A stretch of 64,000 nt of DNA from Leucoraja ocellata (taxonomy: Eukaryota): NCBI GenBank assembly GCA_036785375.1, contig JAWMAR010000003.1, positions 23,560,001-23,624,000 on the forward strand. The letters are read 5' to 3'. Numbering within the stretch: the first letter of the stretch is position 1; the number at the start of each line of letters is the position of its first letter. Shown here one piece after another: positions 13,096-26,500 of this stretch. Below the pieces are notes generated by a model. That model worked only from the letters and a program-made list of their open reading frames with translations, was not told where the DNA came from and ran no database searches. Made by a program: the position numbers and the translations under genes.

Positions 13096-16000
13096 CCTAA
13101 ATAGGACACTTTATTTTACAAATTCATAAAAGTCTACATAATTAAGCCTGGTGGCATATTTTATAAATCAGAAAAGAGATCGAAATGAAACTGACAATAG
13201 TCATTTTGTTCTAATTTATTACAGAAAAAATGCCCTGAATTGAATGTAAATGCAAATAACGTAAGTGGTCAAAGCTGAAAGAATGCAGTTTATTTTTCTG
13301 ACCCATCGCTCAGTTTGCGGCATTGTTCAAAGAAGCTGAAAATCCTTGGCTTTGCACTTTTATTTGGCACTAGCTAGTCAGAATGTGCTTGCCAGAATTA
13401 CACCGCTGAAGACATGGCATCTAGATCATATCAGCAGTTAAATGAAAAATGACTGTGACCCAAAAGAGGTAACACATGTGTCACTAAATAAAATCCAACA
13501 GGATTTCTGAGTCCAGTTTAAAAAAAATCAGTGAGGTAATCCATTGATATTAATTATTATAATCTACTGATTTACAACATAATCCTAAATGCTAAATGTC
13601 AGTGGCTGCTGTCTCCCAGTTCTTCATCATTGTTTTAGGGCTGGCTATAAGAAGACTGGACATTAAGATTTTGATTGTCTCTTTTTCAACTTAAACATAT
13701 TTATTGGAATAGCTGGAGTTTCCATCCGACTTCACAATAACATTGTGTACATATGTCAACACTGGAGTATCTTTTAGACAGTACTCAGGGTCCATTTGCA
13801 TAAACCTCGGACCAATAGACCTCAACGAGGACCAATAAAGACGTTTTGATGTACAATCACAAAACTTTAATCCTTTGTCTTTGAATGACTGCATTTTCCC
13901 TGCAACATTTTATCAGCTTCCATTAAAATATTCCAAAACATTAGTTGCCTTTCAATAGTATATAAAGCTACTTAAGGAAATAAAGTAGACAGAGAGGCAG
14001 AAAGAAATATCACTAGTGGACATGATTAAGGAAAATGCCAAAACGCAAGTATGTTTAGGGCACCAGGGTAGCCTCATTAGGGAACAAGAGGCAATCTATG
14101 CATGGATGTAGATGAGGTCTTAAATGCTTCTCATCTATATCCACAGTAAGCAGTGACATTATAGTTGGAGAATTCAGTAAGTTTGCAGATGACACAAAAG
14201 TTGGTGACTAAATCAATGGTAGGGCCCGAGGAGTACTAAGCAAGAGAGTCCCCAGTTGACCTGACCGGACTCAAATTTGTCTTTCAATTATATAGTTATG
14301 ATCTCCCGGCCACCCTCATTGCAGACCTTGCACTTCTTTTAATTTGCACTCTTTGTCTGTAAAGCTTTCACATTGTAACATTATATTCTTACTCTTTTTT
14401 CTCTTTGCACTACCTGCTGTACTTGTACATGGCATGATTATACTCTTGGTATAATTAGGCTGAAAGCGAGCAAACTAAGATTTCACCGAGGGCCTATAGT
14501 TCGGTTAATAATCTCTCCTGTGTTTAAGTTCCAGGAGTGAACTTCGGTGGTATACTTGTACTCCGACAGTTCACAGGTCAGTGTGATGCAGGTTGATGAC
14601 TTCTTGAACACGGTTATCATCACGAATAAGACACAAATTAGCACCGTTTTGATCTAGAGGGGCGCAGCAACTTGTCGTGCCACCGCCATCTTTAATTGTT
14701 CTGTATATGCTTATTGATTTGCAGCTAGTCTAATTACACCCTCAAATCTTCCTCAAAAGATTAATATCTGGATAAGACAGGTTTGGAGGGGTATAGATCA
14801 AACGTGGGCTGGTAGGGCTACTGTACCTGGGGCATGTTGGCCGGTATGGGCAAGTTGAGCCGAAGGGCCTGTTTCCATACTGTATCACTCTTTGACTCTA
14901 TCTGAAAATTACATTTGAATCTCTTTCAGATTCAAAGTTCCAACAACAGTAGAATAACTTATGCCCAAAATAGATCTCACAGAACATTACCATGAATAAC
15001 AGTGGTGGATAAAAAGTGTTCTTTCATGATCTTAATCTTTAATTATCTATCGCTGAGCCATGAATAATTTAGATTCATTGTAGTATGTAGCTATTCAATG
15101 AAGTAGGAATATTTGATTTCTCTTGTGCCTCTCTCAGTTCCTTTGCCTATCAATTGAACCCTTTAAATCCTGTCTACTGCCTCACTAATCTTCCTTAAAG
15201 GTACTCATTTCATAATTGCTTTTACGAAAAAGTAAAACTGCATTCATGAATGCCATGCAGCAATCTCAATAAATTGGCAGAACTGACAATTTAGTTTGTG
15301 ACTCCAGCCCACAAAAGATCTCTTTCCCTCCATTTACCCAAACCTCTTTGCCTCATCATCTCCTCATTGGGCATATTAAAAACTCATCTCATTTTACCGT
15401 GACCTTGTACAAGGTCTTTTAATTAAGAATTCCCCAAACATATCCTAAATATAGATAAGCTATAGGTAAAAACTAGTAACATATGCAGTTTAATAGTATA
15501 ATGTATTTATTGAAATTTTTATTTATCTCCAGCAACACTGCAATTCAGTACACAGGAGTTGTGATAGTTTTCGTAAATGTAGCAGAACAATAGATTTGAA
15601 AACAAAGCTTCAATTATTTATCTTTCATAGAAAGAAAATACCCTCTGCATTAAGCTCGGGGCCCAAATTTTCCCATGTTAGTCCCAGTTATAAAGCCCAC
15701 GGTCATAACCTTGCATGCATCACAAGAACGGCGATTTCCAAATTGTGACAATATCAGCATATATGAAAGAGCATAGGAAATATTCTGATTTTTAATATTA
15801 TTCTAGAGCCAAGCCAAATGTCATTTGTGGATTCATTTTATTCCCCTTACAAATGATTAGGTAGTTCCATATTGGAGTTCAAAGAGTTCTTAAAATAATC
15901 ACTGTGAAAAGAGAATCAGTCAAATTATGTAGCAAGCTCACTGAAAGATTATCCTTTCCAATTTAAATTTTCTCTCTTTAGACAGCCAAATGCATTTACA

Positions 16001-17408
16001 GATCTTTAAAATGTACACACTACTACTTGGGTCTGTTGCTTATTTACTAAACAAGACGGTTGATTGAATTACATCAACTCCTCCAACCACGTTCCACAGT
16101 GCAGTCCTTGGACAGGCCTAGGAACAAGACCCTTGATTGTATTCTTCCAAGATATCCTGAATTACAGGCTGCAATAAGGACAACAATCCCAAAACACTAT
16201 CATAAACTGAATCTATAGCCATCCAGGAAATATATGCTTAAAGACACTCAAATGCAGGAAGTGATCAGCAAATTAGATCACATCAGTGAAGAGAGAAATG
16301 GTGGACATTTCATGACATTGATCTTCATTGGGTATCTGACGGTCATCATTTTGAAATGTTTACTGTTTCTCAGATGCCATGGATGTTGCCTGATCTGCTG
16401 AGTTTCCATCATTTTTATTTTTATTTCAGATTTCCAGCATCTATATACTCTGCTTTTAGAAAATATAGATCTGTATTACAACTATTTTGCCATAATTACA
16501 AAAATATTTGCAAGATATGTATCTGTATTGCATTTAAGAACATCTGAGAAGCATCGCCTATTCATTATATTTTCTGCAAAAAGTTAAATTAGTGTATGCA
16601 AAAACTACTTATAAATTAAAATGCAAAAATCATTTATCCTCATTTTAATCAAGTAACTATCTACCAACAAAATTCACCGGTTTCAATGGACATCCTATGC
16701 TGAAGCAGGCTAAAGCCGACTTCAGCTGCTCCTGCACTTGCTTGTGAAATATTATTCCTGACAAAGTGAATGTACGTGGAGTGGTGGATGAGAAAATTGG
16801 TGCAGTAAACCACAGCTTCCAGCTGCAGAACTATAGGCCAGCTGGAGTCACTGCCCTCAGGAGAGGAAAAGAAGTAGATGTGCGTGGGGGTGGTGGGTGA
16901 AAAACATCTGGTGAAGACAAATGATTAAGCTAGTTCAGTCTTTGAAACAATGTTTACTGAAGCATCTTGTGAGCCGGATCAAAAGTAAGTGTCTCAAACT
17001 AATTATTAAAAATGCATTCTATAAATAATCATGGTTCTGTTTGTTGAGAAAAATAAATAGTAAATTTGAGTGCAACACTGTTATTTCCACAATGATAAAT
17101 GATTAAATGAGGAGAATGATCTTAAAGTAACTGTGATAGCAATAGACCAGATGGTACAAAAATGTCAATAACATAAACAACTTATTTTACAAAATAAAAA
17201 CTGGTGCTTAAGATGCAACTCATCTCCAAATGACTTCACTCTGCAAGATTCTTAACAACAAATGGAGTAAAATGCTCAGTGACAGCATAGGAACTCCCCT
17301 GCTTCCATAAAGCCAGGGGAAGAGGAAATGACAGCGTAAAACAGTGAGAACGTTGCCTATCTGTCTGCCTGCCTTCCTTTAAGCTACAAAAACCAATTCA
17401 TGATGCTT

Positions 17409-17574
17409 TCATGTTAAACTCGGGGAAGCTTGAAGGTCCCGGCTTTCCACAGCAGGTAGCTGCTCTCTCCAGTATGCGAATTGGCTGTAGATGTCCGAAC
17501 AAGGAAAGTCAGAGGATTGTTCTCGCTTCAGTAGAGGGAACACGTGGTCAACTATTTCACTCAGCCTTACGTAA
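17409..17574 (-). CDS. LPIN1: LPIN1 terminal coding exon: [54 protein letters not shown]
   Basis: CAG acceptor at 17575-77; TGA at 17409-11; ORF 17409..17597. Confidence 0.95.
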
Positions 17575-20500
17575 CTGGAAAACACACAGTTCTGCATGAG
17601 AAATTGAATACATTACTGCACTACATATATTTACAAGCAGGAGAATTATCGACGTATTCTCAAACAATTTCTTAATATGCACCGTTATATCCCAATTGAT
17701 GTGTCCCATGGCTCAGTAAAACACAACAGGAAGATATATCCACAATTGCTTATCTAACAGCAATTTAATGTTGTACTTTACTTCTGAAGTTTCACCCCTT
17801 AATACAATGAAATTGAAGAACCACATCTGCCACAATATTGTACAGAGTTATTAATCAAGGACAAATTTCCACATAGATGTCTTCATTTGTGCTGGCTGTA
17901 TCTGTTATAGGATTTGTTGTCAGTTAACTAGTACTGGAAGTATGAAACTCCAAAATGACATTAAGTCAAAGTTTGCCTAGTGTTCTGAGAACAGAGGGCA
18001 GCATAGGTAGCATAAGACAAAATGGGCAGCGTGGGGCCAAAGGACAGCAAAGGGATAACGCAGTTTTGTGGTACAGCGAGATATAAATTTGTAGGTATAT
18101 AAATTGTCTTACTAGCGAAGGGATGGTACTGGATCAAATCACAGGGAATGTACCCAGATAAGTCCTTGACGTGTCAGTGGGAGGTGATAGTTAAGAGAGG
18201 TAGTGGCCAAAACCCAAAGTTTCAAAGTAAATATGGAAAGAGATATGGATGTTTGGAAATTAAGGTCATTATTTGGGGGAAGGAAAATTTCAATGCCATA
18301 CAGCATGAACTGGTAAAGGTAGACTGGGAGTTATATAAAAGTGAAAGAGATCAAATTCAAGGCCAATGCATTCCATGAGGGTGAAAGGTAGGGACAGCAA
18401 TGCCAAGGAATCCTGAATATCAAGGATAAAGAGGAAGCAAATCACAAGCATAGAGAACCGAAAATAGGTAAGACACAACAGGAAGAGAGAAAGTATAAAT
18501 AAATTGGAAGGCAAAGATGGACCATGAAAAATAACTAAAAATACATGGCTAAGAATAATCCCAAAGCATTTTATATATATTAAACGAGGGGAGCAAAAGG
18601 ATCAATCTGAAAGAAGCTAGGGCATGCTCGGAAGACCTTGGATGAATGGTTGCCGTCTGTATTCAGTTAGGAAGAGGATATTTAATTTTGAAAATTCAGG
18701 GAGGGGAACAGTGAAATTCCACAACTATTCTCATTAAAAAGAAAAGAGATTACAGATTTACTTTTGTTTACTGCTGAACAAATCACAGGGCCTGATGAGA
18801 TGTCTCGGGCTGCTAAGAGAAATAAAGGGGAAGGCTGAGCCCCTTAAATCTTCACTGTCCAAGAAGAGGTGCCAGATGGCTGTATGACAACAACTGTGAT
18901 ACTTTTATTCAAAAGCAGGTGGGATAAATCAGATAAATACAGGCTTGCAACTCTTTGTGTTAGGGAAGTTATTGGAAAAGGTGAGGGATAGGATTAATTT
19001 ACAAGGATAAATCAGATAGCATAGCTTTACATGGGAAAGATCATATCTAACCAATTTGATTGAATTTTTTCGAAGAGGTGGTGAAGATGAAGGTAATGCA
19101 GTTTTTTGTAATACATATAAATTCAACAAGGCTTTGACAGGATCCCACTTGGGAGACTGGACCAAGTGATTGAGCCCATAAGATTCAAAGCAAGTTAACA
19201 TTGTATCCAAAATCACCCTGTAATCAAAGACAGGTGATAGTGGTAGGCTATTTTTGTGATTAGAAGCCTGGGTCTCTTGGTCTAATGCAGGAGGGTCAAT
19301 GCCAGCACCCTTCCTATTTGTGATATATAGGAGGTATGATCACAGGTGGGAGATGCAGAAGGATAGGGTTATTGTAACTGGGAATTTCAAGCTCACTTGT
19401 ATTAACTGGTTTGCCTTAACATTAATGACACAGAATTTTTGACATGCACCCTGGGGAGTTTTTTGATGCAGTATGTAGATAGACCAATGATCAAAGGAAC
19501 ATTGCTGGACCTTGTCTTGGAGAATTTAACTGGTCAAGTGGAAGGAGGGACAGTGCAGGAACATTTTGGAGATAGTGAGCCTAACTTTGAATATTTTAAC
19601 GTGCTTATGGAAAAGGATGAGGATGGACTACAAATAAAGGTCTTAATTAGGGGAAGGCCAATTTCATTAACATAAGGGAGGACCTGGCAAAAGTAGATTG
19701 GAAGCACCTGCTTGCAGGTAAATTCACTACTGTAAGGTGGAAAGCATTCAAAGGAGAAATAACAAGATTTCAAGGTCAGTATGTTCTTGTAAAGATAAAA
19801 GCCAAGGGTGATGAAAATAGGGAACTGTAGATCAAGTGATAATGAGAGTTAGACAAAGAAGCAAAATAAAGCATATGATAGGTAGAAGGAACCAATGACA
19901 GGAGAGGGGCTTATAAAGGAAATTAGGAAGGCAAAGAGGAGTCACGAGTAATCACTGATAGACTGGATTATTAAGGCAAATCTGAAGGTTTTCCTTAAGT
20001 ATATTGAGAACCAAGGAGGAACCAGAGAAAACTTAGCCATGAGGGACAATCTGTGCTTGGAGCCAATAGATATAGATGAGGTCCTAAGTTAATACTTTTC
20101 ACAGGAATGCGTAAAGGATACAGACTTCGTAGTTGGTGAAATCTGTGTAGTATGCGAAGTTCCAGTGCCGGTCTGCATAAATAAACCAGTGGGTATATGT
20201 TTTGCCAGGTTGCTATAGGAGGCAAGGAAATAAATTGTGCGGTTCTGGCTGAGATTTAACAAATCTTCCTTGGTACCAGATGAGGGAATCAGTAAACATG
20301 ATCCTCATTTTTAAGGATGGCAGCAGGAAAAAGCCTGGTAGCTTCTGAGCCGAATATCAGTGGTGGGGAAGATATTGGAAACAAATTCAGTGGACGAGAA
20401 TTAACGATCTGAGAATTCATTGATAAAGCAAGAACTAATTAGGGGCAGTCAACTTGGCTTAGTCAAGGGCAGATTTTATCTGACCAATTTGACTCTCTAA

Positions 20501-23500
20501 ACTACAACTAAACTGAAGAGGTAACAAAGTATATTGACGAGGTCAGAGCAATAGATGGGACTTAGATGGATTTTAATAATGCCTTGGAACGCTTTTATGT
20601 GGGAGACGGGTTCAAAAGGACCGATGGGATTTAGAGCAAGTTTGCAAACTCAAAACAAAACTGGCTTGGCAGTAGGAGACAAAGGGTAATGGTAGAAGCT
20701 TGTTTTGTGATTGGATGCTTGAGACCAGTGGTGTTCCACAAGAATTAGTTAAATTTTGGGACCTTTGGTATGTGTAATACCTGAATGACTTGCATGTGGA
20801 TAGGAGAGGCAAGATCAGTACATTTGCAAATGACACAAGGATTGGCAGAGTTGTTGATAGTGAAAAGTAGTCTGTGGTTGCAGAGTGATATGGATGTGTT
20901 GGTGAAATGGTCTGAAAAAATGGTAGATAAGAGTTTAATCCAGACAAACGTAAGGTACTGCATGTTAGGAGAACCAATGTGACCAGTACATACACCAAGA
21001 ATGGTAATGTTTTAGAGAGTATTAAGGAACGGAGGGACTTTGGAGTATGGGTCCATAGATCCTTGAAGGTGGCAAAATAGGGAGAGTGCTCAGAGAGACA
21101 TATGGGACACAACTTCTATATTCAATGCCCATATATTAGTCAGGGCAATGAATAATGTAGGGAGATTTTATTTGAGCTTCATAAAACCTTGGTCAGATCT
21201 CAGCTGTATATATTTCTGGTCATTACGGTATATGATGAATGAGAAAGTGCTAGAAGCTGGACTAAAGATTCACCAGGGGTAGAACAGTTCAGTTGTGGGA
21301 GAGATTGTGGAGAGGTTCCCCTGGAATAGAAATGGTTAAGAGGCCCTGCAAGAGGACCATAGCTGGGAAATGAATATTCAAGGTTATACGTTCTATCGAA
21401 AAGACAGACAGATGGGCAGAGGGGGTGGGTAGCACTGTTGGTGAGGAATGAAATTTAGTCCCTTGCAAGGGGTGACAGAGAATCAGGAGATGTAGAGTCA
21501 GTATGGATAGAACTGAGGAATTGTATGGGTAAAAATACCCTAATGGGAGTTATCTGCAGGCCCCCAAACAGTGGCCTGGATATAGGGTGCAAGTTGAATC
21601 AAGAGTTAAAATTGGCACGTTGTAAAGGTAATGCTACGGTTGTTATGGGAGATTTCAACATGCAGGTAGACTGAGAAAATCAGGTTGGTACTGGACCCCA
21701 AGAAAGGGAATTTGTGGAGTGCCTCAGAGATGGATTCTTAGAACAGCTTGTACTGGAGCCTACCAGGGAGAAGTTAATTCTGGATTTAGTGTTGTGTAAT
21801 AAACTGGATTTGATAAGGGAACTCGAGGTAAAGGAGCCATTAGAAGGCAGTGACCATAATATGATGTTTTAATCTACAATTTGAGAGGGAAGTGGGAAAA
21901 TCAGAAGTGTCAGTATTACAGCTGAACAAAGGGGACTGTGGAGCCATGAGGGATGTGCTGGGCAAAGTTGACTGGAAAGATACCCGAGCAGGGATGACAG
22001 TGGAACAACAATGACAGGTATTTCTGGGAATAATACAGAAGGTGCAGGATCAGTTCATTCCAAAGAGGAAGCAAGATTCTAAGGGGAGTAAGGGATGACC
22101 ATGGCTGACGAGTGAAGTCAAGGACACAATAAAAATAAAAGAGAAGTATAACATAGTAAAGATGAGCAGGAAGCCAGAGGATTGGGGAACTTTTGAATAG
22201 CAACAGAAGATAACTAGGAAGACACAAACAATCTCCCAGATGTATTAGTGGCCAGAGGACCTAGGGTGACAGAGGAACTAAAATAAATTCACATTCAACA
22301 GGAAATGGTGTTGGGTAGATTGATGGGACTGAAGGCTGATAAATCCCCTGGGCACTGATGGTCTGCATCCCAGGGTACTTAAGGAAGTGGCTCTAGATAT
22401 CGTGGACGCATTGGTGATCATTTTCCAATGTTCTATAGATTCAGGATCAGTTCCTGTGGATTGGAGGGTAGCTAATGTTAACCCACTTTTTAAGAAAGAC
22501 GGGAGAGAGATGGGAAATATGTAGAAGAGAAATGGAGGACATTTAAAGGGGAAATTTTAAGAGTACAGAATCTTTATGTTCCTGTTCGGTTGAAAGGAAA
22601 CAGTAAAAATTGGAAAGAGCCCTGGTTTTCAAGGGAAATTGGACATCTTGTTCGGAAAAAGAGGGAGTCAGCATGGATTTACGAAGGGGAAATCATGCTT
22701 GACTATGTAATCTTCTGGAATTTTTTGAGGAGGTAACTAGGAAAATTGACAAGGGAGAGCTAGTGGGTGTGGTGTACCTGGACTTTCAGAAAGCCTTTGA
22801 TATGGTCCGACATAGGAGATGTGTGGGTAAAATTAGAGCACATGGTATTGGGGGTAGGGTACTGACATGGATGGAAAATTGGTTGGCATACAGGAAACAA
22901 AGCAGGGATTTACGGGTCCCTTTCCAAATGGCAGGCAGTGACTAGTGGGGTACTGCAAGGCTCGATGCTTGGACCGCAGCTATTTAGAATATTCATTAAT
23001 GATTTAGATGAAGGGATTAAAAGTAACATTAGCAAATTTGCAGATGACACAAAGCTGGGTGGCAGTGTGAACTGTAAGGAGGATGCAGGGTGACTTGGAG
23101 AGGTTGGGTGAGTGAGTGAGCAGATACGGTTTAATGTGGATAAATGTGAGGTTTCAAAAACAGGAAGGCAGATTATTATCTGAATGGTATCGTTGGGAAA
23201 AGGAGAAGTACAATGAGATCTCGGGGTCCTTGTTTTGTCAGTCAGTGAAAGTAAGCATGCAGGTACAGCATGCAGTGAAAAAAAACATGTTGGCCTTCAT
23301 AACAAGGAGTTGAGTATAGGAGCAAAGAGGTCCTTCTGCAGTTGTACAGGGCCCTAGTGAGACCACACCTGGATTATTGTGTGCAGTTTTGGTCTCCAAA
23401 TTTGGGGAAGGATATTCTTGTTGTTGAGGGAGTGCAGTGTGGGTTCACGAGGTTAATTCCCAGGAATTGCGGGACTGTCATATGTTGATAGGGGTAAGCC

Positions 23501-26500
23501 ATTTAGAACGGAGATGAGGAAACACTTTTTCACACAGAGTTGTGAGTCTGTGGAATTCTCTGCCTCAGAAGGCAGTGGAGGCCTGTTCTCCGGATACTTT
23601 CAAGAGAGAGCTAGATAGGGCTCTTAAAGATAGCGCAGTCAGGGGATATGGGGAGAAGGCAGGAACAGGGTACTGATTGTGGATGATTAGCCATGATCAC
23701 CCATGATCACATTAAATGGTGGTGCTGGCTCGAAGAGCCAAATGGCCTACTCTTATACCTATTGTCTATGTTTCTAAAACAGTAAAACCCAAGCTTTACC
23801 AATATATCGCATTAACTTGTAAATGGTTATCATTGTCTATTATTGATAGAATGGAGCGACTGGGCTTGTATGCACTGGAATTTAGAAGGATGAGAGGGAT
23901 TCTTATTGAAACATATAAGATTATTAAGGGTTTGGAGATGCTAGAGGCAGGAAACATGTTCCCGATGTTGGGGGTCCAGAACCAGGGGCTACAGTTTAAG
24001 AATTAGGGGTAGGCCATTTAGAATGCAGATGAGGAAAAATAATTTCACCCAGAGTTGTGAATCTGTGGAACTCTGTTTCAGAAGGCAGTGGAGGCCAATT
24101 CTCTGGATGCTTTCAAGAGAATTAGATAGAACTCTTAAAGATAGCGGAAAGATAGGGACATGGGGTGAAGGACGGAACGGGATACTGATTGTGGATGATC
24201 AGCCATGATCACAGTGAATGGCAGTGCTGGCTCAAAGGGCCAAATGGCTCTCTCCTGTACCTATTGTCTATTAATTAAGCTATGCAAAATTATGACAGAT
24301 ATATAGATAGGATAGATTACAAGAAATGTTTCCTTTGGAGATAGGAAAAAAAACTAGAGGACATAATTTAGGGTAAGGGATAATAAGGGGGGGGATCTTA
24401 TTCACACAGTGAGTGGTAGGAATCTGGTGTACATTGCTTGAAAGGCTGATGGAAGCTAGGTCACTGACAACATTTAAGTGTCTAGATGAGTACTTGAATC
24501 CCTTCCTCATTGTATGATTAAATGTCATGGAAATTGGTGGTTTGTGATTGTGGGGTGAGTAGACTTAGACTAAAGGACAATAATTGGTTAGTTGGAAAGA
24601 TGGGCAGAGCAATGGCAGAGGAGTTTAATCCTGGTAAGTGTAAAATGACATGTTTTAGGACGGGTGGAAAACCCGGGGGGGGCAGAGGGGACATGTCCCC
24701 CCCCCCCATGTTTTGAGAGGTGGAGGACATCCCCGCCAGGTTAACCTGCCTGGGCTTGCTGGAAATATCGCGGAGAAGCAGCGCTGGTATCCCGTCAGTC
24801 CAGACAGGGCTGTAGTTAACCCGGTGAGACAGGCACAGTTGAGCTGCATTTAGCGCTGGATTGAGCCTCCGAAGCGCGCGCGTGTGCGTGTGCGTGTGTG
24901 TGTGTGTGTCTAAAAATTGTGTCCCCCGTCCCCTCCATGAGTGAGTTCCGCTCTTGTTTTGGGAGGACTAACAAAGAGGTATTGAGGCAGTATTGAGGAT
25001 CAGAATGACTCTGCTTTACAGGCCCAAAGATTACTGAAGGTGGCAGCACAGTTAGCAAACAGGATAACTGGGCCAAGAATACAAGTGCAACTTTATAAAT
25101 TGTTGTTTAGACTACAGCTAGAATATTGTGTGCAATTCTGATCCACGCAGTATAGGGAGGGTGTGATTAAACTGGAGAGGATGCAGAGATTCACAAGGAT
25201 GTGCTTGGGATGGTATATTTCAGTTAAGAAGAGAGGCTGGGCACAGAGAGGTCTGGGAGGGAAGCTGATGAGAGGATTATGAATAACGTTTCCACATAAC
25301 CGAGCTGTTTAAAACAAGAGCAGATTATTTGGGAGACATTTTTTTCCCCACTCAGGGTTAATTTGTACTGGAACTGCCTGAGGTTGAGGCAGAGAAATCT
25401 CCATTATTTAAGTATCTAGACGAGCATTTGAATTGCCAAGGCAAAACAGGTTACGCACCAAGTGCAGGTAAATTGGATTTGTATGGATGGCTGGTGGATA
25501 AACAGCAGGGATGTATTGGCCCAAAGGGGGCGATTCAGTGTTGTTCAACTATAAAAACAAAACCCAAGGAAGGAGATAATACTTCCAAGCATCAAGAAAT
25601 GCATTAAATGCACTAAATTCCATGCCAAGCATTATATTTAAGTAAATTCTGAGAAAACAAGATATGCCTCTAATAATTTAGGAAATGAAGGTGTACTTAC
25701 GATGAAACATTGGTTTTTGCATGTTCCTGTATTAGTTCACCTTTAGGATTGACTGTAAAAATTCTGTTTATTGGGACACCAACTTGTTTATAAGAGTAAA
25801 CATCCTGTAAGAAGGGGAAAAAAAAACAACAATGTTTACAGTGTCAGCTCATATATAATATAATCCACTATACATCTGAAACTCAATTCAGAAATCGATA
25901 ATGTTTCTGGTATTTTTTATTACCCGCGGGAATTTATTAATTCACAACAGTCTGTGGGTTGGGGTGGGGTAAGAAATGATTTTACAAATAGGTGCGATAA
26001 GTAATAGACTTTAAACAAAATCTGAAGCATTTAACCACTAATAAGGCATGAAGGCTTGACCAATATCCAAACAATTTTTTTTGTTTTTTATGGTTCTCCC
26101 TCATGATACTGAGGGGATGTTCCCAGACTAAATTAGTTGCAGAGAGCATCTCGCTACCACCGTAAACAATTGGGAGCAATTGCTTAAGGTGGTAGCTAGA
26201 TGCTCTCACTTCCACTGGAGTCATGTACCTTCCTTGGCACCTGTCCTTGGAGACGAAAGCAAGTCTGATAGTGATGGGTTGATTCAGAACAGGCAAAGCA
26301 CACTGCACAAATGCTACAGCATGCAGCCAACCACCTGGTACACACAATTAAAAACTGTGTGAACAACACCTCAGTAAGGAATCTCACCCATCATTCTCAC
26401 CGCTTAAATAAGTAGCTACGGCATATTTTTAGATGCTGGGAATCCCTAAAGATTTGTGTGTTTTTTAAAAATTGAGATTGCTAATTTTATTACATTAGAT

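Noticed and set aside
13691-13900. 67-aa minus-strand ORF behind a CAG acceptor, as an alternative last LPIN1 exon
   Set aside because: Phase does not match the phase-2 donor at 25700 and there is no recognisable homology
15500-16430. Candidate LPIN1 polyadenylation signals (minus-strand AATAAA near 16415, 15837, 15518, 15506)
   Set aside because: Several equally plausible hexamers in AT-rich DNA; cannot be chosen without 3'-end data
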